From a virus, in IMG/VR virus record IMGVR_UViG_3300017917_003859, positions 91,028-155,027 of that record: a stretch of 64,000 nucleotides of DNA; one strand, given 5' to 3'. Positions 45,155-54,909 of this stretch are shown piece after piece (position 1 is the first letter of the stretch; the number at the start of each line of letters is the position of its first letter). The notes beneath the pieces are model-generated. The model did no database searches. It was not told the origin of the DNA and saw only the letters and a list, made by a program, of their open reading frames with translations. The position numbers and the translations under genes were made by a program.

Positions 45155-45850
45155 ATGGCTGATTTTTCAAAATACAATCCAAAAGCTACACTACGTTTTG
45201 TAGTGAGTGAATCATTCAATAATGGTCCAATCATTGGTTTTTCTGCTTCATTAGAAGTAACTAAATCTACTGTTGAGTTATCTACAGTTTGGGGTGTAAG
45301 TGATTATGGAATAACTGAATTTAATCGAATGAGATTAAATAATGTTAATACAACTGATGAAGGAAAAATACTTAGTTGGTTTGGTTCATCACTTATAAAT
45401 GCTGGAGTTGATTATGCAGCTACTTGCTCTCAAATCCTAACTAATTATATTACAGGAGCAGACATATATACACTGTTTTCTTCATCTGGAGTGATTTTGG
45501 AACCATACCCAACAGGTACAATTTATATAGTTACTTCCTCATTACAATTCCCAGCAACTGCTGTAGATTCACAAAGTACAGATTTATCATTTGGTGTCAG
45601 TGCTAGGTATTTAGTTGAAGGTGACTTAACAATAACACCTCCATCTCAATTCCAAATATCATTAACTAGTGGAAGTGGATATACTTCAGGTTCATTAATA
45701 CTATCTCAAAGTAGTTATGCTACAGTAAGTAGTAGTACAGTACATGTTGTATTTACTCCTAATTCAATTGGTGACTACAACTATTACGTAACTTGTTCTG
45801 TGGTAAGTGGTTCAAGTAAATATGTAAATGTTTCTGGTAGCGGAATTTAA
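45155..45850 (+). CDS. Ser/Thr-rich probable virion protein with C-terminal Ig-like domain
   Basis: Composition; V.FTP..G.Y....V.VSGSG; two upstream ATATTTATA. Confidence 0.55.
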   Translation: MADFSKYNPKATLRFVVSESFNNGPIIGFSASLEVTKSTVELSTVWGVSDYGITEFNRMRLNNVNTTDEGKILSWFGSSLINAGVDYAATCSQILTNYITGADIYTLFSSSGVILEPYPTGTIYIVTSSLQFPATAVDSQSTDLSFGVSARYLVEGDLTITPPSQFQISLTSGSGYTSGSLILSQSSYATVSSSTVHVVFTPNSIGDYNYYVTCSVVSGSSKYVNVSGSGI

Positions 45851-45875
45851 AAATTAATTAAATAAACTTTAATCA

Positions 45876-45911
45876 AAGGCTTGGGAAACCAGGCCTTTGT
45901 TTGTATATTTA
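45876..45911 (+). terminator. Hairpin terminator fused with promoter
   Basis: AAGGCTTGG-GAAA-CCAGGCCTT...TATATTTA. Confidence 0.75.
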
Positions 45912-45927
45912 AATTAAATAAATAAAT

Positions 45928-48648
45928 ATGGAAAAAAAGTTTTCACTAACACAATTCACAAACATCATCATTGAAAAACAACTTGATGATAAAGAAATAT
46001 GGAAAGAAGACATTGATCCTCTCAACCCATACTCCAAACGTCTCACTCTATTAGCAACACTAGATACAAACTCTCACAAATGGAGCTTTGTATCACCAAA
46101 TTTCTTTGAATTAGTAAAACAACATTCATCTGTATTTAAAAACAATCTATTCAAACCAATGTTGAAGCCAAATGAAATATCATTTGAAAAACAGTTTGAA
46201 TGCTTTAAACGTAGAGTAAATATATCAGTTACTAGAACATTAAATAAAATCAGATGTGGTTCAAAATAAAATATTTATTCAACAAATTATTTAGAAAAAA
46301 AATTGTTATTCCATTAGTTAGAAAGGGAGTAAAAACTGGGATGTGGGTTGAGTGCTATAAAGGAGATAGTACATATAAAAAATTAATTAAGGTGTATGGT
46401 TTTCCACTTCCTAAAACTATAGAGGCTGTTCCTCTAGAAGAAAATTAGGCTTACAAAATTTTCTAATATATATTCATTAAATGAAAATAATACGAAATAT
46501 ATTAAATAAATTATTTACAAAAAATAAACATGTTGTTTGTGAACATGGGTTTGAAATACATGAGGTTATGAATTTAAAAATAGACCCTATTTGTAAAAAA
46601 TGTGGTAAAAGTCTAAATGAAATAAATAATAAATATATTAATTATGGATAGAAAAATCAAGACAACATATGTAGCAATCATAGATTCATCACCTATTATG
46701 TCTGCAGATTCTTTTGAGAATCTTAAATTAGGATTAGATGAATATTTTGGGTGTGATGGTAGAGGAGGTGAATATTTATGTTTTGTTCCTCATGTAACTA
46801 AATATTATGATGATTATGAAGGTTATTTTGAATATAAAACTATTTTTTCTTCTATAGAATGTATTGATAAGGTAAGAGTATATTCAGTTGAATTTTACCC
46901 ACCCACAAATTTTTCCTATGACATTAATAAAATAACAATAGGTCAATGGGATCCAAATAAACCATTAACAGAAGAACCTTTAATATTTAAAAATATTGAG
47001 GATGCATTTGAATATTTTAAAAATTTTAAAACAAAAGAGTAATATATAAATAAATGAAATTAGGAGAATTTATTAAAAACTTTAGTCACAATAATGTGAT
47101 AAGATTGGTTTATAAAAACAAAAGTGACTACGAGGTTGTATTAACTGATTGGAATGATGTATCAATGGATTGGGAAGTAAATAAACAAAAAGGCAAATTC
47201 AGACATTATATTAATAATGAAGTGTTGGGATTGGCTACAATATCATTTGGTTCTGGTCAAGGAATATATCATACTGATGCTTTAAATATTATCATTGAAA
47301 AACTCAATAATCAACCATTCATTGAAGAGTTGATAGAAAATAATGTATATCAAGAAGCAAACAATTAAAAAATAAAATAATATATGAAAGTAGACGCATA
47401 TAAAGATGGAAAAGGCAACATTGTTATTACCGAAGATTCATTTGAAATGTTATTAGCATGTTTGGATAATCAAAAATTTATTAACGAATCTCCACAAAAC
47501 GGAGATAGTATTTCTGTTGGAGAAGAAAAATATAAATCAACGCAGACAGAAATTCAAGAAGCAATTGATGACTATAATAGAGAATGTAGAAGAATATTAC
47601 ATCCAAAAACTCCAAAAATATAAAATTATGGGATATTTTGATTTTTTAATAGACCAAGGTAATGGTAAGCCTAAACCAGGCATGGAGTATATCTATCGTC
47701 TTAATATGTGTTGGAGACCAGGGCAACTTGGATATATTCCTATGAAAATAGGAACCATAATGATAGACGTAGTTCAATTAGAAAATAAGAGCTACGAATT
47801 TACAAATAAAGAAACTGGCGAAAGATTGAGAACAAATTATGCTTGGTCATTAGCTGAAAATACACCAGATAATATCAAAAAAATAGAAGAATATGATAAA
47901 GAGTACACTAAGTTTAAAGAACACGAAAAACAAGTTAATAATCTTTTTAAAAAAATAAAAACCGTATAAATAAAATGGAAACAACAAAAAATGAAAATGT
48001 AAATAGTGATTTTAAAAATCCACCTCTTACAGCTTATGATTTAATAAGGTCTGCAACTTCAGAAATTGATTTAGTAGCATATCAATTGCAAGAAAAATTA
48101 ATTGAATCAGGTAAATTATTAGATGAAAAAAATATGTTTTATAAAATTTCACTCAAATATGAAGTGGATACTATACCAGAAAATCAAAAAATTATTGAAT
48201 GTGGAGAATACACATATTTCATATCAAGTAAACAATCGCCAGATGAATTAAAGAACATGGCTAAAGAGTATTTTTATTCAAAATACAAAGCACATACTGT
48301 TGTGCATATTGAAATACAGGAGATAAATTTATCTCAAGGTGTTTTATATGAATCGGATTTTACAAGAGCATTTTTTGTAAAAGAAATTAAAAAAGTGTAA
48401 GTATGAAAAGAACATTTTTAAAAGTTACTAAAAAGAAATTAAGTGCTATAACTTGTAAATGGTATGGAGCTGGTAAAGAATTGCAAATTAATGATAAGGT
48501 TTGTAGTGGATTTACAATAAATTATGCAAATCTTAATGGAACTCCGTCATCTGAATATAATCCAAATGAAGTTATCTTATCATTAAAAATGTTCGTTGAA
48601 AAAGACGGTGTATTGTATGAACTATATAAAAACTCAAAACAAAAATAA
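45928..48648 (+). CDS. Run of small hypothetical genes
   Basis: Closely packed + strand ORFs with no recognised motifs. Confidence 0.6.
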
Positions 48649-48840
48649 TAAATTATGCAAAAAGTAAAAGAAAAAATAAAATGTATAATTTACTCGACTT
48701 AGAAGAAAATACAGTGTTGGAAAATGCAACACTAGAACAAATAGAAATATTTCTTGAAGATAAAGATTCAAATATGTTTCTTTTAGAAGAATCAATATAA
48801 ATAAAATATTTTATTTGGAGTCCAAAATTCTCCTTCTTAT

Positions 48841-48990
48841 ATTTATGATATAGAAAAAGAAATTCTTAAAAAATTTAAACATTCTAAAGTTGTTCCACAA
48901 AATGAATTTCCGGGTCAAACAGAATGTTTAGATGTAAAATGTTTAGAAGATTTAATGTTATTTATAAAATCAAAGTATGAACCAATTTAA
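48841..48990 (+). pseudogene. C-terminal relic of a GIY-YIG-like endonuclease
   Basis: Reads IYDIEKEILKKFK..P..EFPGQTECL with no suitable start codon. Confidence 0.45.
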
Positions 48991-49015
48991 CACCAATAGT
49001 CCGAGAGAAGCCACT

Positions 49016-49716
49016 ATGAAAATATGGCATATCTCGGACACTTAACTCACGGTTTCCACAAACAACTAACAATCCCAGAAGGAATTGATTTAGTTATTCA
49101 CACTGGTGATTGTAGTAATCATATTGACCCATATCTAAATGAATGGGAAGTAAAAGACTTTTTGATGTGGTATGAACAAGTACCTATTCCAAACAAAATC
49201 TATATTCCCGGAAACCACGACACATCAATTGAGAAAAATTTAGTAACTGCAGCAGATTTTACATCAAGAGGGATACACTTACTAGTCCATGATTGGATTA
49301 ATATAGGTGGTGATTACGATGGAATAAGGGTATTTGGTTCACCTTACACCCCAACTTTTGGTAATTGGTCGTTTATGAAATCAAGAGAAACTATAAATAG
49401 AATTTGGGAACAAATCCCTGAAGGGATGGATATTGTTGGTGTGCATGGACCATGTAAAGGAATACTTGATTTATCTTACAACAGACAAAATGAACTGGAG
49501 TTTTGTGGAGATAATGCTTTACGCAAACATATTTTGAATAGAGTAAAACCAAAATATTTCTTATCAGGACACATTCATAATTTTGAAGATATTATTAATA
49601 CTGGATTTAGACATTTACCTGATTATGAAATTACTTTTAGTAATGCAGCAGCAGTAACTGATAGAAAATTTAATTTAGGGATAACTTATAATGGAAATAT
49701 ATTTGAAATAAATTAG
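49016..49716 (+). CDS. Calcineurin-like metallophosphoesterase, interrupted by a 5-nt insertion after codon 9
   Basis: MKIWHISDT in one frame; HGFH, HTGD, GNHD, HGP, GHIH in the track frame. Confidence 0.8.
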
Positions 49717-49836
49717 TCAGGTGGCGGAATTGGTTAGACGCTAACAAAAAGGGTTAAGATAGGAAAAGAAAGATCGTTAAAAAGATACCCACTTTGTCTT
49801 ATGACTATCATACAGGTTCGAATCCTGTCCTGACTA
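49715..49836 (+). ncRNA. tRNA-like RNA 1 (Leu-type body, no canonical anticodon arm)
   Basis: Acceptor AGTCAGG/CCTGACT+A, D arm GCG..GG..CGC, T arm ACAGG-TTCGAAT-CCTGT; 122 nt. Confidence 0.8.
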
Positions 49837-49959
49837 CGCGATCGCAGCTGCAACCTGCTAAACGGTGGGAGAGGGTACCCAGGCCTCTCAAAACAAGTAG
49901 AAACAACATCTCCCCAGTTTCTTGTTCTATGCATGGAAAGGATTTATAAGGAGATATTT

Positions 49960-50091
49960 AGTCAGGTGGCGAAATGGTAGACGCTACATACTCTGAGGTG
50001 CAAAAACAGAGGTAAGATGGAAACGATAACTTAAATGATTATCAGCTACTGCACCGCACCATCCGTACAGGTTCGAATCCTGTCCTGACTA
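49960..50091 (+). ncRNA. tRNA-like RNA 2 (same body, different insert)
   Basis: Acceptor and T arm identical to RNA 1; 132 nt. Confidence 0.8.
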
Positions 50092-50096
50092 TAAGG

Positions 50097-50168
50097 GCTC
50101 CTGTCGTCTAGGGGTTAGGACGCATCCCTTTCACGGATGAAACGGCGGTTCGATTCCGCTCAGGAGTA
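50097..50168 (+). tRNA. tRNA-Glu(TTC), CCA not encoded
   Basis: GCTCCTG/CAGGAGT acceptor, CATCC-CTTTCAC-GGATG anticodon arm, GGCGG-TTCGATT-CCGCT T arm. Confidence 0.93.
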
Positions 50169-50353
50169 CAAAATGAATATTAATAAATAAAAAAATGAAA
50201 ACACTAAACGTAATTTCAGCAACGTTTGCTTTTTTAGCAATACTAGCTTCAATAAGTGAAAAAGATTATTCAGAAATGATGGCCTGGATAGTTGTATTTC
50301 TCTTTAATGTAAAAGATTATATTTATACTGAATCAAAATAAAAAACAAACAAT

Positions 50354-50617
50354 ATGCCAAGTTTTACAGAATACAGTGTCCCAGTAGATGTGGATGTAGA
50401 CATCGAAGTGGATGAATTTTTAGATGAATGTGATGATAAAGAAATAGAAGAAGTAATTAGGTGGTTGAAACTTAGTGGATATACTTTACCAACCCCCGAA
50501 TCACAAAACATATTTGATGATGAGTGGAACAATACTCTAGAAAAATTAGTAGGTATTCGCTTACGAATGTCTGAAGAAGACATTGAGACAATTAGAGCAA
50601 TAGCTAAAAAATATTAA
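50354..50617 (+). CDS. Acidic hypothetical protein
   Basis: VDVDVDIEVDEFLDECDD. Confidence 0.65.
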   Translation: MPSFTEYSVPVDVDVDIEVDEFLDECDDKEIEEVIRWLKLSGYTLPTPESQNIFDDEWNNTLEKLVGIRLRMSEEDIETIRAIAKKY

Positions 50618-50679
50618 TTGATTGGGCTTACAAAATTTTTGAATATATATTTACATCAAATAATTAAAAAATAAAAGTT

Positions 50680-51480
50680 ATGTTAGACATTAGTAAAGCA
50701 ACCAAATTCAAAACAATTGAAGAAATTAAATCAGTAGCTCCTTCAATTTTCACTTCAAAAGCATTTGATGAAGTATCAAAAAACTACATCCACATCCCAA
50801 CAAACCAAATCGTTGAAGATATGGAAGCATTAGGATGGAAAGTAGTTGATGCAAAACAAGTTAAAAGTAGAAAAGACAAATACAAAGGATACCAAAAACA
50901 CCTCCTAGTATTTCGAAATACAGATGTAGTCATTAATGGAGAAAATGGCGATACAGTTTTCCCTCAAATTCTAATTTCCAATTCACATGATGGTAAATCA
51001 GCGTTTGTGTTTAGAGCTGGTCTTTATCGACTCGTGTGTGAAAATGGTTTAGTAGTAGCTAATAAAGAATTTGAACGTGTTTCAATTCGTCACGTAGGTT
51101 ATTCATTTGAAGAATTAAGAAAAACTATTTCAATGATGGTAGAAAAACTCCCACTCACAGTTGACTCAATGAATAAATTGAGAAAAATTCAAATGGATGA
51201 GAAACAGAAAGAGGAATTTGCCAAACGAGCATTCAAATTACGTTTCAATCAAGAAGTAAAATTTGATTTAAATGAATTAATCAAACCAACACGCCCAGAA
51301 GATGCTGGAAGTGATGTTTGGTCTGTGTATAATGTGATTCAAGAAAAACTAATTAATGGAGGATTTGAATACACTAATGAAAATGGGAAATTCCGAAAAG
51401 GAAGAAAAATAAAGAACTTCCAACAAGACATTAAATTGAACGAACAATTATATGAACTAGCCACCGAATATGCTTGTTAA
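50680..51480 (+). CDS. DUF932/DUF945-family protein
   Basis: Y.HIPT, KH...FR, NSHDG, G.YRLVCENGL, W..YN.IQE. Confidence 0.85.
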   Translation: MLDISKATKFKTIEEIKSVAPSIFTSKAFDEVSKNYIHIPTNQIVEDMEALGWKVVDAKQVKSRKDKYKGYQKHLLVFRNTDVVINGENGDTVFPQILISNSHDGKSAFVFRAGLYRLVCENGLVVANKEFERVSIRHVGYSFEELRKTISMMVEKLPLTVDSMNKLRKIQMDEKQKEEFAKRAFKLRFNQEVKFDLNELIKPTRPEDAGSDVWSVYNVIQEKLINGGFEYTNENGKFRKGRKIKNFQQDIKLNEQLYELATEYAC

Positions 51481-51493
51481 TTGAGTTAAATAG

Positions 51494-51529
51494 AGGGTTT
51501 GGGAAACCAAACCCTTTTTTGTATATTTA
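51494..51529 (+). terminator. Hairpin terminator fused with promoter (covariant copy)
   Basis: AGGGTTTGG-GAAA-CCAAACCCT-TTTTT..TATATTTA. Confidence 0.8.
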
Positions 51530-51546
51530 CTATAAATAAATAAGTT

Positions 51547-54391
51547 ATGAGTCCAAAAGAAAAAGCCAGACAAGGAGTAGACCATTTTGTAGAACAAATA
51601 TACGAAAAAACAGGTCGCGCATATCAATATTCAACAGCAAGACAACTAGCAATAGAAAATATTGATTTGGTAATTAATAAAACAACAAATGAAGACGATA
51701 TAAAATATTTGCTAGAAGTAAAACAAGAATTAAATGAAGGTTATGGAAAATAAAATACCAACAGCAGAAGAATTATTAGAAAAGCTTGCCAATGCGCCTA
51801 CTGGAAGTATTGAAGATTTAATGATTGAATTTGCTAAACTTCATGTACAAGCAGCACTTAAAGCTGCTAGTGATACTGAAGTACTATATCTTAGGAATGG
51901 TAACGCATACACAGATGAAAAAGCAATTATTAATTCATACCCTTTAACTAATATAAAGTAGTATGCAACATAAACTAATAAACACAGGAGATTATCTGCT
52001 AATAGTAGATGAATCAGAGATTAAAGAAGGTGATTTGGCTTTATTATCAAGTTATGTAGGTATTGTAATTGTAGGAAGCATTGATGATATGCCTTACACT
52101 ACAGTCCATAGAAATTGGATAGGATTAAATTGTGATACTTGTTATGATGTGGCTGATGTTAAAGATTTTAAAAAAATTATATCACACTTACCGCTCAACA
52201 ACTCACCAATACTTGAAGGTGTAGATTTATTGCCACCATTTGAAGATGAGGTTGAGAAGATAGCTAACCAAGAAGCTGAAAAATTACATGACAAAAGTAA
52301 ACATGATGATTGGGACATTTATAATCAACTTGTTCATGAAGATACTGAGATGATTAAGATTGGCTACAACAAAGCCAAAGAGAAGTATAAGTACACAGAG
52401 GAGGATTTGAGAAAGGCTATTGATATGAGTAGAGATATAAAAATGGACCATTATCTATTAGAAAAAAAATGCTATGTTACATTTTCAATAGATGAAATCA
52501 TCCAATCCCTCCAACAACCAAAGGTACCTGTTGGTTTTAAGTGTGAAATGGAAAAACCAAGTAGTAGTTTTGGTGCACATATGGCTAATTTCTTTGGTCA
52601 ATCAATACCTAAAACAACAACTAACTCACAAGGTCTTACTCAATGGGTAGGAGAATATATTTATTAAACAAGACTAATATGTGGCATTATATAAAATACT
52701 TTTTAAAGCTAATATTTGGCTTTATGATTATTATAGCATTAGATGTTATGCTTAGAAAAGCAGACCCAAATATAGGATTGGGGTGGTTTTACATAACGTT
52801 GGGTTTGTATAATGGCTATTGCTACTTAGAATATAGATTAACAGATAAAGATTAAATGAAAACAAGACTACTAAAATCATTACGTAAAAATTGCGAATAT
52901 AAATTCAAAAGTGGAGAATGCTATGTGTTGTGGAAAAAAACAAACTACGTATTCCCATCAATAGAGAAAATGCTATCTGAAATATATCGTTTCAATAGTG
53001 CTTATCATGATAGGCCATTTGATTGGTTTTGGGATCGAATTTATTATAAACAGTTGGATAAAATAGAAAAAAGAAAATTCAATAAACTATGAAACAAAAA
53101 ACAGAAAAATATCATGGCTTAATATTTTGGCTTAACCTAAAAGATATATTCATTATACCAACCATCCAAATAGAAAAAGACGACTACAATGAACAGGATT
53201 GGGGAGTTACGGATTACAATATATGTTTATATATTTTTTGTTTTTGTATTAAATATCATTTGATTATTGATAAATACAATTTCTACGATAAACCAGACAT
53301 GAAATTTAAAGTTTATTTTAGACGCAAATAAAAATATGACACCAAAAGAAATAAACAACATAAGATACTACTACTATTTTAGTAAAAAAATGGTTGGAAT
53401 TGGTTTTATGTTAAATACAGATCCAGCATTTGCAATGAGAGAAGTATCGTTTGAAATAGATTTCAAATTTATGTTTGTTGGGTTTTGGATAGTAAAATTT
53501 AAAAACTAAAGTATATGACACCAAAAGAAAAAGCAAAAGAATTAGTGAATAAATACAATTTGGTTGTATTAGATACTGCATTAGGTGGTAGCAATAGAAG
53601 AGTAAAACAATGTGCTCTAATATGCTGTGATGAAGTATTAGGATACATGGGTGCAGATAGAGGTACTGAGTTTTGGGTTGAAGTTAAACAGGAAATAAAT
53701 AAACTATGAGTGGAGGACATTTTGATTATCAACAATACCGCATCAGAGAAATAACTGATAAGATAGAGCAAATCATTTTACAAAATGGTAAGAAAAAAGA
53801 ACAACGAGCATCATGGGAGGATGAGTATTATTATCAATACCCACCTGAAGTAATTGAAAAATTCAAAGAAGGATTAACTATACTTAAACAAGCAGAAGTA
53901 TACGCTCAACGTATTGATTGGCTGCTATCAGGAGATGATGGTGAAGAAACATTTTTTGAACGCTTAAAAGAAGATTTAGAGAAACTATGAGTAAAACAGA
54001 CTTAATGTTGTTTTGTAAAAAATGTAATAAAACAATGTTTTTTGAATATCTACCATCCCAAAAACACATTGGTAAACCATATAAATGCCCTGGATGTGGC
54101 TCTAGAAAATAAATTATGACAAAATTAATTTTAAAAATAATTATTGGGTATTTAGTAGCATTTGCAATAGAAATGATTCTTATTAAAGAATATCCAAATT
54201 TAACAAAAAATAATTGGTGGGGATATGTTACACCTGCATTATATTCTTTATATTGTTTTATAGAATTTATAGAAGAAAATGAATAAAATATGACAACAAC
54301 AGAAATAATAGGAGGTATAGTATTAGTGTTACTAGTAATTTGGGTAGCATATGAAATAAAAAAAGCACCGGTACGAGATGATTGGGACTAA
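51547..54391 (+). CDS. Run of small hypothetical genes
   Basis: Packed ORFs, including M[TS]PKEKA paralogues. Confidence 0.6.
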
Positions 54392-54460
54392 TAAAAACAA
54401 AAAACTTGTTTTATTAGGCTTACAAAATAAATTAATGTATATTCATACCAAATAAATCAA

Positions 54461-54868
54461 ATGAAAACATTACTTTGGTTAGATGATATTAGGAATCCAT
54501 TTGAAGATCATTGGGGTATATCATTTAGTCCAATACCATCAAATGAATTAGGCCATATTGAATGGGTTAAATCATATGCTGAATTCACAAAATGGATCAT
54601 AGACAATGGTTTACCTGATGCAATTTGTTTTGATCATGATTTAGGAATGGATATTGCACTTAAAGCAAGAGAAAAAGGAATGTCCAAACGTAAATCAAGA
54701 GCACTAAAACAAGAAGAAAAAACAGGATTTGACTGCGCTAAATGGTTAGTTGATTATTGCATTGACAACAACAAATCACTTCCACCATACAATATCCAAT
54801 CAGCAAACCCAGTTGGAAAAGAAAATATAGATGCTTTATTAAAAAATTTTATTAGGCTTACAAAATAA
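54461..54868 (+). CDS. Cyclic-phosphate-processing receiver-like domain protein
   Basis: LWLDD.R.P, FDHDLG, TG.DCAKWL, SANPVG. Confidence 0.75.
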   Translation: MKTLLWLDDIRNPFEDHWGISFSPIPSNELGHIEWVKSYAEFTKWIIDNGLPDAICFDHDLGMDIALKAREKGMSKRKSRALKQEEKTGFDCAKWLVDYCIDNNKSLPPYNIQSANPVGKENIDALLKNFIRLTK

Positions 54869-54909
54869 ATTAATGTATATTTACTTCAAATAATTAAAAA
54901 ATAAAGGTT

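Noticed and set aside
49715-50091. Ordinary tRNA-Leu/Ser/Sec or tmRNA calls for the two tRNA-like genes
   Set aside because: No 5-bp stem with a 7-nt anticodon loop; no G3-U70 pair, and too short for tmRNA.
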